Positions 1 through 12,100 of a DNA stretch of 64,000 bases are shown here, in pieces (the stretch's first letter is position 1; every line of letters starts with the position of its first letter). Position numbers and translations under genes: made by a program. Under the pieces are notes generated by a model. It was not told the origin of the DNA, did no database searches, and was given only the letters and a program-made list of their open reading frames with translations. Source of the DNA: Pocillopora damicornis (taxonomy: Eukaryota); the NCBI RefSeq assembly GCF_003704095.1, contig NW_020847681.1, positions 310,001-374,000 on the forward strand, written 5' to 3'.

Positions 1-66
1 CCAATTTTAAGCTATTTCAGTTAGTCTTTTGGGTGTTGAGCTGCATTTGACGGGACTGAAATGGAC

Positions 67-88
67 CTCTCTCTCTCTCTCTCTCTCT
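67..88. repeat. (CT)n microsatellite
   Basis: ctctctctctctctctctctct. Confidence 0.9.
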
Positions 89-1376
89 ACCCTCCCACTA
101 CAGCGGAAACTAGTTTCTTTCGACTGGTCATAGCGCTCAGAAAAATTGAACCCTGGCCACCCCCCTTGGCCTTTGACCCAACCCCCGACACCACACTGTG
201 ATTTGTAATCCCGTATGTGGAGAGGGAAGCGAGGAGATAAATTGTGAATAATTAAAACAGGACGACAGTAGAGATCAAGTTTTGTTATATCGAAACAACG
301 CCGACAGATTTTGATACATCACTTGAGAACCTACCGGCTCCCGAAGTTTCATTTATGGATCATGGTAAAGTAAAGGAAAGATTAGGACTCCACTTTGAAC
401 ACCTTAAAAAAACACCTAAAAACTTTACAATGCACGCAAAGGTGTTATCCCAATTCTTTCACATACATTTCAGTACTTCTCTCTTTCTTTTGTTTGATAG
501 AAAACTAAATAATTAAAGGTTTTTTATTTCATCTAGCATGATTAAGCTACTGTAAAGTAAAAATTACACAGTGATGAAAAGTTGAGAAAGTTATATTGAA
601 CTCAAACAATAGAATAAATTAAAAGATGAACATTTAATCTGAAGACAAAAAAAAAGACTTTTCCTAAGCTTTTACAATTGAAAGACAGACAAGTGAGGAA
701 AGATTCTTTCATGGTTTCTATTGTTTTTATTCCACAATCTAATTTTCAGGAGAGAAATACACAACTCTCTTGTACTAAATAAGAAAAGAAAGCATTCAGG
801 TAATAGATTTAGAGACATTCTGAATTGTCCATTAGTTCTGATCAATTCTTGTTTACAGTGTTCGTAATGTATGAGGTCCTTTTAAGAATTGTTTTTAGAG
901 CATATTAAAAGAAAAAAAGTTTTTGTCTCAAGTATCATTGCAATTATGCATATACACTTTCAATGGCAGTGCTTTTATTACACAAAGGACAAACATATAT
1001 TATTGGTTTTTTTTAAAATGTGCATTTTTCTTGCCATCTGAGAAACAAGTACAACAATGTATTGCAGTTCTACTTACTAGGACAAAGTTATTATTAATCT
1101 TTAAATTTTTTGCCTTGATTTATAGGACACAGAATATGGTTGGGCTGGATTGGTTGAAAGGACTTAAACCAACAAAACATGACTGCCTTGGATGTTTGCA
1201 TCTCACTTTTAAATGTTAAGATGCAAAGAAGAGGCAAACTTTATTATCTGCCAAATTATTATTTACGCTATTGAGGTTCCAACCAAAGTGAATTCAAATA
1301 ACTTCTTGTTAAGAGTTTGAGGGTGGATTGGTGATGTTGTGTTTACAGAATCTTGCATGTTCATTTGCTGTCACTT

Positions 1377-4300
1377 TCACATGAAGTCATCAAATTCATC
1401 TCCATAATCATAATTTCCACCACCAAATGCATCCAAGTCCTCTTTTCTGCCAGCCTTGGCACTAGCTCCTGAGAGAGTGGCTTTCTTAACAGCCTTTTTC
1501 CCTTTCTTTGCCTGTAAAAAAAATCAAATAGGTGATGATAAGATTATTCTGGTCCCTTATTTCATAATGCAGTGATACTACAGATTCAGGACAATACTAT
1601 TGTAAGCTTCATTCATTCCAATTAGCTGTGTCCTGTTTTCACTCCTCCCTGACAGGAGAGGATTACGCTTAAATACACAGGTGATTTTTTCTGGTAGATA
1701 TTTTGCACTTGATGTATTTAAAATTATGAGACCTTGAACCAGAGAAGAAAAAATTATTCTAGAGAATAATACTGTTAATTTATGCTTCGAGAGAAAGCTG
1801 AATGTGACACAACAAACATTTAAATAACCATTGAGGGTGGAGTATTCAAAGAATATTTATTACTACTTGTGATATACATGAATGTTCATGTGCTCAGTGT
1901 TATCCTAAGGTCAACTGAACCCTACCTTTGTGTTTTACTATTATACAGTAATCCATAAAATACACAATAATGTGTGCAAGCAAGGTAACATTTAATAACA
2001 ACCCACATAATAAAGCTTCAGTTCTCAAACCTAATTAAAAAAAAAAACTTTCTGAGAATGCTGAAGTCCTATTGGTATAAAAAGAGAGATGTGACTTGCC
2101 TTCTGTGCTTTTAATTTTTCTGATGAGAGGACATTTATTGTGCTACCTATTCGTTTAACATCTTCAGCATCCACTGAAAAAAATGAGCAGCACAAGACAT
2201 GTAAAACATCATAGTGCCTACAAAGACTGTTCATAGTACTAACAATGAATAATGATGACCACAAATCACATTTACATCTACATAACAATTATTCACCAAA
2301 AGTCAATTTAATTTCCTAATTATTTATATCCTCTAGTATTATTTATTGGCAATTTTTCGCAGATTCTTAGACAAACATTTTCATTCTATATCTATGAAGG
2401 AGTTTCCTTGTTTACAAATAGAGAACTTGTTTAGCCCCCTACAGGAGGTAAAGAGTATAAGATCCTCTTAGCCTCACCCTATTTTTTGTCGAGGCTAAGG
2501 GCCTGTTAATGGTGACCAGGATTTGAAGTATGCAAATATTTTTCTTATTTCATCTATTTGTTTTTATCCCAAGGAATACTTACAGCTTGCACATAAATCT
2601 CTAAAAAGCATTTCCAAGAAAGGGACATATTCTGCATTGGACTTGAAAACAAAAAATTGAATAAAGAGTTAATCAAACTACCTTCATAATTCTCACTTTT
2701 AAGACAAAAAAGGCCACAAGAAAACTTAAAGTATTAACAAAGAATGCTAGAGTCTAATGAAATAACATTTATCAGATTTTAAGGAAAGGAAAGTCTTCAC
2801 AACTGGGTTCACACTCACTTATTTGATACTCTGAAGTAAAAAAGACCAGGATGTTTGAAATCTGACAAGCACCAACTCTGTGTTGGTGGCATACAAAAAC
2901 TATTTTTTACCAAGATACCAAACCCCGATAAATTTAGTGCTAACAGTTCTTATAAAAATCCAACAAGGAACAGTGCTACCTCTTTCAAGAAATGTACAAG
3001 GTGCCAGCAATGTTTTGTCATAAAATGGCTGAGGTTTCAATTATATACCAAAGTGAGTGATACAATTAACAAATATGTGACTCATACCTCATAATTGGAT
3101 AATTTTCCTACAAGTAATTGGGACAGTTCTACAAACTCTTCTTTAGTTGAAGGTTTCATGTCATCTATACTTTTGGATCCTATATCATCTTTCACACCTG
3201 GAGAAATGAAGAACAAAGTTATTTCATTCAGTAATTTTTCCCTAAACTTCAGGAAATAATAACAACACTTCTGATAATAAAAATTGCTAGCTAACTCAGT
3301 AACAAAACACTCCAATGTATATTTGGATGAAGGTCATAAACTTGTCATAACCTCATCTATGATTGCTTCATTTGGGGTAAACGAGTGAGAAGCTGATGAG
3401 CTGAGTTTTTATTAAGTACATGTATAAACCAACATTTCCTAGTTTCACACAGTGTTGTCACTGTTTTGGTGATTCTCAAAGATAAGGTCAACTTTAAACA
3501 CTATTGACATTTATGGTGAAGGACTCAAATAAAAAAAATTTTAAAAATTTGAAATTATTATTTTCTGGCAATGAAAATAAGTTTGTTTAAAAGTGTAGAA
3601 ACAGTCTGTTTATATAGAACCTCACCAAAAGCTTGTTTAGCTAATTCTAAATCTGCATCTTCTACCAATCTGAAAAAGACATAAGCAAACAAAGCCCGTC
3701 AGTGATACTGCTAACAAGTTGCTGCATATGATTGTAACAATCTGACTTGAAATTATTTGAAACAATGGCTTCATGCCAAATTTGCAAAATAAGAAGAATT
3801 GCCATTTCTTACATCTCTTTAAAACTATAAATTTAAGTCAACTAAATATAGGACACTGAGCAAAGTTTTGGCAAAAAAGTCACAAAATTCACCTAGAAAT
3901 AGCACTTTTGCTTTCCACTGACTGGCAGTAACTAGACTGGTTAATTCACAAAAGCCTTAAAATTTGAGTGTTCTTCCCTAATGTATGTGTTCACAAGAGA
4001 GCAAAATATCAATACACCGACATTAGCACCTTTTGGTCTCTGGGATGTTTAAAATATTACTTACTTCTGTCTTCTAAGCTTTTCTGCAAGTTGTTCTTCT
4101 TCTGTTAATTCTTCCTGTGAGAGCAATGGGCAAAATCAAAGACATTACTCAAAGGAGCCATAATAATTGCTACAAATGCACTGCAATATTTTTTCACCTC
4201 TTGTGCTGATTTATTCTCCTCCTGTTTCTTTAGAGCTCTTTCCTTGGCCTTGTCCTCCTTATCTTGTATAGCCTGTTTAATTGTTTTTCTTTTCTTTACT

Positions 4301-5378
4301 TTAGCTTGAGGAGCTGCTTCTATCAAATTGACAACAAAATTATATAATTCACAGGACAAACAACACAGGTATCTATGCGATTTCATGACATGACCAAAAA
4401 TTAACAGGACATAATATACCTTAGCAAATGGTCAAATAGTACAATGTAGGACTAGAAAACTACAGGGCCAAGCTAAGCCAGGATCAAGTGCTTTGTGACT
4501 TTGAAATTGTGAAATTTAAATAACACAGATACGTGTTATGCCAGACATATAAAAACAGAATAATAACAAACAAACCAAATTTTACACCGAACATAGTTCA
4601 ATATCGAGACATGTTCAACTTGTTTGATAATAAGCAATGTTTCCCTAACTGTGAAAAAGAAACCCCGATTTTTCTAAGAGATGGTAAGACCATCTTCTTT
4701 CTTTCCACGAGATGAAAAGAAAGGTTGATTTAAACGAAGAATTTTCGAGGTAACCTTGAGGCTATGTTTGTTAAGGGGTATTGGGTTTCATTTACAGTAA
4801 ATTACAATGATACTGTACTCAAATGAACAGCGAAGAATAGTAGGATTAATCTTATTTTGAACACTTAATGATGTTTACAATCGATTTCAGGAAAGAGAAT
4901 AATTTGGATAGGGAACAAAAAGCTTGTAGACATTGTTAGTGAAAGAAGCCGTGCAATAATTCGCAAAATTAAAATTTGGAATTGTGAAGCATCAGGATAG
5001 ATGTTTCATAACCCGATCTATCAGTTACCAGTTTGATTTTCGGATGGCTCCGATTTCTTTTCTGAATCCTCTTCTTCATCAAACCAGTTTTCCTATAAAC
5101 AAAACGTTTCCCAAATAAATCAACCTTTGATGCCGATCTAAGGAATAAACAAACTGAATTCCACGTTTTGTAAATTACGAAGATAAATTGTTACCTTAAC
5201 ATCCTGATCTTCTTCGTCCTCCCCTTCCCATTTGTCCGATTGTTTTACGGAAAAGTCTTGTGGCTCGAAATCCTCGTCATCTGGACAGTTTAAAATTAAT
5301 TTTACAAATAAGATAAAAACTAAATTAAGGCAAAGTAAATTGTACATGTGCGAGAGAGAACTCACCCCAGTCCGCCAT
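1377..5378 (-). CDS. EIF3J: Eukaryotic translation initiation factor 3 subunit J, 10 coding exons, 251 aa
   Basis: Exons 5378-5366, 5280-5195, 5092-5029, 4319-4198, 4114-4065, 3669-3626, 3197-3088, 2641-2584, 2173-2100 and 1511-1377 sum to 756 nt in frame. Translation: MADWDDEDFEP..DKWEGEDEEDQDVKENWFDEEE..EQLAEKLRRQKLVEDADLELAKQAFG..KPSTKEEFVEL..YVPFLEMLFRDLC..YGDEFDDFM*, which carries the hallmark eIF3j motifs. Introns are GT-AG except the last donor (GC). Confidence 0.95.
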
Positions 5379-5949
5379 TTTGATTTGTAATAATGCTCGT
5401 GTTGGAGTATGGGTATTTTATATGTTAATCATTACGCAACAAATTTCCGCCTCGAACTTGCTAACTGACACAACCGACAACCAACGACAGTCATTTTGAA
5501 GTACTCGACGTCTAAAATGATAATCTGCATAATGTAAGCCGTTTTAAGTCCCACTACAGGCAGAATGGTTTTGTTTAGTCGGCTTCATTACTCTTAAATT
5601 CTAGTGTCCTCAAGAATCTTTCTGCGTGTGATATCAAACAATTGAAATTCGATTTTAGCATGGGTGTATTTATTGGGAAAGTGCGAATTGCGGTCCTGGG
5701 ATCATTTGAGGACTCGTACAGAACTATATCATAAATGTATATATCATTACTTAAAATTGATGTCCATTTAGCCCTAGGTTCCCTTTTTTCCATCTTTCTT
5801 CTTTTCCTTTCCTTGTTTTTATATCTTTTTTTTTTTAAAAGTTGAGGTCTCTTCATGAATATAACCGCGAGTTTTCATACCAGTCAAATCATTATTATCA
5901 TTAATGGTAGATGGCTGGTTACAAGAGCTTTCTTGCTACCAAGAAATAT

Positions 5950-6070
5950 TGGATCATGTTTACTACAGGTACTTGCGACCGATATAGCGGTCAATATATC
6001 GGTCGAGAGTCGGTCGATGCTCGACCGATATATCGGTCGACAGTCGGTCGATATTTGTCGTTGCGCAAGT
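5950..6070. repeat. Palindrome-rich interspersed repeat (TCGACCGATATATCGGTCGA units)
   Basis: Repeated CpG-rich tcggtcga/tcgaccga palindromic units. A related fragment (accgacagtcggccgacagg...) lies at 31730-31780. Confidence 0.6.
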
Positions 6071-6300
6071 GTTTGTATAAAATTTTCCATCGAGGAACCT
6101 TGCGAAGTCTCGGGGTAAGTGGGCTAAGCGGGACAAAGATAAACTTACCTGATCCGAGATGTGAAGCAACGTCACTTGCAACTTGGCGTCACCCGAATGC
6201 CAGTAACCAACTTGTTTAGGGAAATCTATCCTTACAGAACAAATGGAGAGTTTGAAAGACATGTAATAATAGAAATAGGCTAAAGCAAACTAATTGCATA

Positions 6301-6535
6301 GGCAGGTAATTTAGTGTTAACAACTGAGTTGAAAACGTAAATTAGCCACCGTAAAGGGTAAAAAAGCTGACGTTTCGTCCATCGCTCACGAAGGGCTAAC
6401 GCTCGAAACGTTAGCTTTTTTACCCTTTACGGTGGCTAGTTTACGTTTTCAACTCAGTTGTTAACACTAAATTACCTGCCATACTCTCCCACCGACGCAG
6501 CACCACAGTTTCTCTAGAAACTTACCCCTTTATTA
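6301..6535 (+). mobile_element. Penelope-like non-autonomous repeat with 77-bp inverted arms and a degenerate hammerhead ribozyme motif
   Basis: Arms 6301-6377 and 6404-6480 are near-perfect reverse complements. The loop region reads ctcacgaagggctaacgctcgaaacg, resembling the CTGANGA..GAAA core with a defect. Confidence 0.65.
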
Positions 6536-9106
6536 ATTACAGAGGCGTCAGACTCTAATTATTCAAATTTTTGTTTAGGGTAACATGCACGTTCATCATC
6601 GCACACCTCGAAACACCATCGAGGCTTCTTGCTAGCCTAACGATCTTTTGTTTTACCTAAAGAGTCTTTATATATTCTTAAGGCATTGTTCAATCCAAGA
6701 ATTTTTCCTTAAATAACTTAACTTTCAGAATTTTCAATACAACGCTACGCGATTTTATGGCCGTGAACTTATGTAATCAACGCCGGATGAATATTCAACT
6801 GGGTCTCGTAAATGCAAGAAATTCGTTCGTATTTTGCTTCTGAGAGGTCTATCTTAGCACTTTTTTGAATAAAGAAATATTTCTTGCTCATTTTCCCTTG
6901 CATTTTATTAATAAATTTAGGTCAAGAGAATATATTATACAGTTTGCGTTCTCATGGGTTCATAATTCTCTTGCTTTGGTAGCACGCGATTATCTGATAA
7001 TCCCGACAAATCTGCTTATTGACATCTTAAATGTTTATTTCTGGAAAAAACCATAGGAGTAAAGCTATCAACTGATTTCCATTGAAAATTGGGCAAAGAA
7101 GAGAAAAACAGGCGGGGTTGGATATCACAATAGTCATGGAAGCTAACGATGTTATGAACAAAACGTTTTACCGCGAAATATATGTAAAAGATTTTCTTCA
7201 ATTCACGTAACTTACAGGATATCTTCGGTTATTGTAGCATCATAGAACGAAATAAGGTTGCAAACATATACTCTTTTCAACATTTAAAAACGATGTAGCC
7301 CGAGTGGAACGGAAGGTGTAACAACTTATTACAGACTTCTGGACGAACCCACGAATTGAAATTAAAAAGTTTTTCGTTAAAATTTTGTACCTTGTGGGAT
7401 GTCTACGGTCATTTCACATTTCCACACTGATATTAATGATCACCTCGACCCATCATGGAAAGAAGAAAGGTTTTCAAACATACAAATTTAAATGAATTTG
7501 GGAAGTTTTTTTTGGCTCTGCATCTCCTACAACAACAACTAGATCGAGGCCGCGCGATATAACATGTCCCTTAAGCGATCTGGTACAGGCTCGACCAATC
7601 CCAGTGCTCATTCTGACCCAATATTGGCAGAGGCTCATTGCGCGTAACGTATTCTTATAGGGGGGCGGTCCCCTTGGTGAATAAATTACGATTTGTTTCG
7701 ATGGTTTGGTCATTTACATTAGTTAGAGAAGATCCTCTTCGGTAGATCATTCGAATGATATTACAAGTTTCTGTAGTTTCTTGTTTTAGTTCACGTTCTT
7801 TAATCGCGAATGTTATCAGTTAGGTTTGGACGTCACCTATGAGTGCCAAATTAACAGAGTGATGTGAGGTAACAATCGCAGTCTTTGATAATAAATAGAT
7901 ATATCAGATGCTTAGGGGTGGACCACAAGAATAAAGGGAGGGGAGCGGTAGATAATTTTGGATTATGTCACAAAACAGGATGCTAGTGCAAAGAAAGGCA
8001 TGCTCTCATGTTTCATTATGAGTAGTTTGGACTCTTAGCTGAACAGAAAATGTCAATAAAGACGTATTTTTCAAGAATCTCTATGTGTTAATTGGTTAAA
8101 TAACTCTGTAAGGATAGACAAAGGGTTCTTTTCTCTTGCAGCTAGGTCAAAACCAAACTCATGCCTGCGTCATTCAAAAATATCATCACCATGCTTAAGA
8201 TTTATCATCGTCATTTACGTCATCATCGCGCAAGAAATATTTAGTTGATACGCCAGCGCTCCATGAAGTACTACTGACTTAAGAACATTCAAATTGGGTA
8301 TAGATGTATGAGGACTGCAGTGTTTGTCAGCATGTTTTACAGCGGGGACTAAAGAAAGTAAGACTGTTGTAACAAAAAAGAAAAGGTTCCTTGACCTGAA
8401 ATCAAAACTAGAATTTCTCGACTACGTGGTCGCAATAAACTACGTGCAGAGGCAGCCTCTCTCTCCCATCCTTTAGTAAAAATTCTTTCAAGCAAGTAAA
8501 ACGTAATCAACGATGAACAAATGTCAGCCTCACAAACCCTCTTGACCCTCTCATTTCCAAAGCTCAAAGTACTGAGCCTTGAACAAGGAACATTATCTTT
8601 TTAGCGATTTAAATAGGGTACCCTTATATGCCCAAAGCTTTGTGAGGGAAGTGAATTTTTGCGGTATTTAACCAAGCGTTTCCACGCGTGCCCTTTTAGT
8701 TGCAATATATACTCTCTCCGTTACGATATAGGACTCTATGAAGAATCTCAATTAAGAGGTGTTTGAGAACGAGATGGCACCCGATATCTACCAACATGCC
8801 TACTGCTCAAAACGTATAATATCACAATTATTTGTAGGGAAAATGACTAGATAGAGACAATAAACCACACTAAGTTTCAACACTTAAATTCATCTTTCTG
8901 TCCATCACAAGTCTAGTGCAGCTATTTGTCTGCTGGAATCATGTTCTATTTCGTGATGTTTCTTAAATGATTTATTGTTTTATTTCACACGATTAAAAAT
9001 ATAACAGTTCGGAAAAACTTCAGTCTATGGCTACTATTCTGTGAAAAGAAGCTGCACTATCGTGAAACCAGAAGTAATCAATTTCCGTGCTTATTGGAAA
9101 ATAATT

Positions 9107-12100
9107 CTAATCAAAGTCTATCAACTGGCCAACGACAGGGGAGTGATGAGACTCTTGTGGCCAAGGGGAAGTAACGTGACTTGTTAAACTGCCTGAAAGA
9201 TAGAAAAGTTAAACGATAAGAACTCCTGTTAAGAAATATGTGCACACTTGGGGCATCCAATTTTTGGTCGCACAGACAAAATAACAAAGCACTAAAGAAC
9301 AGAAAATAATACAGAGCAAATAGAAACAAACCTTAGGTCTAAAATGAAACGTCGGATTTTGTATTTTAAACTCTAATTCAGTTGTTTGATTCACACCCAA
9401 AGCTTGTCTCTGTCTCCTCCATATGTACGCTGCAACGACTCGTGAAATTGTACAGTTATGAGAAGAAACTACGATTCCAAGTTTCGTTGCTTTGGGATAA
9501 AAAGATGAAACTCAAATCGTGAAATGAAAAGAACCACAATTTCTCTACACAGTAGAAAACACAATTGAAGTGGTAAATAATTTGTAATATCCTCGCTGAC
9601 GATTTTTCACCATAAAAAAGAGAAATACAGATTGTGACAATGAAGCAAAAATATTAAAATATTTGGAACGAAACATTTTTTGTCTACTGTTATATTAGCA
9701 GCAATAACACTAGCAATTAAAATTAATTGTTCCTTTACGCCCACCTCGATGTGAGAACGGAGACGGTAAATCATGGCGCCTTGATACGTCTATTTCGTCT
9801 AGAAGCAACAAAAAGATATCGAAGTTATTGATTCAGACAATGCTGTAGTTTTCATCATTAAAGTAAAATGGAAAGGATTATTCTTACACTGCGTGTTTAC
9901 ACCAAACGAGAGACCAATCAGCTGTGAAATTAGGAAATCATCTCTTTAAAAATTTAAGGTTATCATCAGGGTCTTACTATCCTGTAAAGGTGCAGTGCTC
10001 GATTTATTGAGCTAGGAAGCCATACATAACTAGTACTAGCTGGTCACTGCTCAAACTTAATTTCTTTATTCCAAAGTAACGATTTTTTCTTCTGCCTACT
10101 TAGGATACCAAATGACATTTTCAAATGAATGTGACCTTTTTCACGCAAACTAGGCAATTCAGAGAACCTATCTGACGTGATAAAGGCTAATTCTGTTTTA
10201 ATAAGAGAGTCCACTGCCACATGTACTCCACAGAGAAAGATAACTTACAGTCGATCAAATTCCCATCATTCTTGGGTCTTTCTCCAACTCAAACCACCGA
10301 AAGATACTACCACTACTCCGAAGACTTCCGTGATCTATTGGGTAAGAAACCCTAATTTTCTCACCTTGAAAGGTGTTACCACCCGAACTTGAAAAGGTCT
10401 GTTTGGACGAGGGAACCTCACTAGCTCCGTTCGGCATATGCACACAACTCAACAGAAGAGGTGTTGAAATGTTGTACGGCGAAGAACTGTACAGACCGTT
10501 CACCCCAGGAGAAATAGAACCTTTTTCTGCTAAACCACTCTCTACTTTGTGTGAGGTTCTCTCTGGAAGACTTGGTGTTGCTGTCTCCCAAGGAATACCT
10601 TCATAAAGCTCTTCCAACAAGTGAGGTGTTTCTTGAAGGGGACTGGTAAATCCCACGCCATTTTTTTGTCTAAACGGAGTTTGCCCGGAGAGATCTATAT
10701 CTATTGGCGAAGATGGCGAACCAGAGACACTTGTTATGAGCTGCGGTGAGTTGAATGAAAAGTTAGCGAAGTCATTCTTGATACCATCCTCATCAGGTGT
10801 ACTCCTACTGCTTGGGGTCAGGGGTGTCAGCAGAGCAGGCTCACTTGTACGACTATTACTAAGGTCTCCATCGGTGTTTGCTCCAGGGGTCACCTGAGAG
10901 TACAGATATCAAACTAAAGAAATTAACAAACAGTAAAATAAATATAACTAGGGTAAATTCTAAGAGCATGGAAAAGCGTCCATGAATGATGTCCTCTTTT
11001 GCTGAAAATTAACCCCTAGGCCTCGCTTCATTAAAATTTTTCCATTAAAATCTGGATTTCTTACCAACTCCCTAATGCTTTACGTGGGTATTCTTTTGTT
11101 CTGAATAGCTTGGAAAAATTTTTTTCCTACATTTCACAGTGACCTTCTCTATAGTGCAGAGTCAGGCTGAGCTAGTTTATTCCAATGGACGGTTACGTTA
11201 AATTTACAATAAAATAAATGGCAGTATGCGGAACTAAAAAACCAGATCGGTCGATTTAAGAGGAGAAAAGTTCCACCTCATTTGTACAAGTCGTTGCACA
11301 AATAAGGGAAAACTTCGAGTAAACTCGTCTGGGCAGATATATGTGATTAAGAACGGAACCCTTTTCATCAGTGAATCTGTTTGGCTGGCACTTTCTAGCA
11401 AATGGGAAGACCGTAAAATAGCCTGTGGTTAGTCATCGCGGTAAATAATACTTCAAAAGAGAAATGTAATTGTTTGTTTCACGATGTGGTCATATCGGAA
11501 GTGGACTGCGACGTTTCGACTGCATACTGCTAATCTCCTTCAGGTAACGGGTTCGGTTGAGTACGCGTCACCTTCAGGCTGGGAAGACCCTTGAGAGAAC
11601 ATAGTTCTTCCAAATGCTGAGTGATTCTGCTACATGAGATGTTAAACTGCTGATCAAGTTCAAGGCCATAACTGTTACGTTATCTAGTTACCTGTTGACT
11701 CTTTTGCGCTTGTTTTATCTGATCCAGCCTGGAGGCCAATAACGACGAGTCAGAAGGTGTTTGGCCCTCCCTCTCGTCCTGTTTACTGGTTGAGTTATCT
11801 GCTGCATGGGACTCAGACGGTCCTGACGGAGCTGCGTGTGGAGAACTGAACGAGAGCTGCGTCAATTTAATCTTGTTAAGTCTTTGAATCAGTGCAGAAG
11901 TATCGACTTCAGTAATTGACGAAGGAACATTTTGAAGCGCGGTCTGTGCGACAAATGCCCCGGATTTGGATGAGGCATGCGCGCTTGAAGTATTATCAGG
12001 TTGGGATGTCCTCACTGACGTCTTGGCTTTATCCGTGTTAAGTGGGATTTTTTCAGTGAATCTACTGAAAAATTCAATGCCATTAAACGACGAATTGCCG

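Noticed and set aside
261-520. Possible + strand exon after an AG acceptor
   Set aside because: Open frames exist but there is no recognisable protein motif and no upstream context in the window.
5855-6262. Overlapping ORFs on both strands
   Set aside because: They arise from the palindromic repeat and show no protein similarity.
10255-10364. HAUS6 ending at the ORF-track stop 10255
   Set aside because: A strong donor at 10365 and a phase-compatible exon at 9192-9107 give a better model; kept only as a possible alternative.
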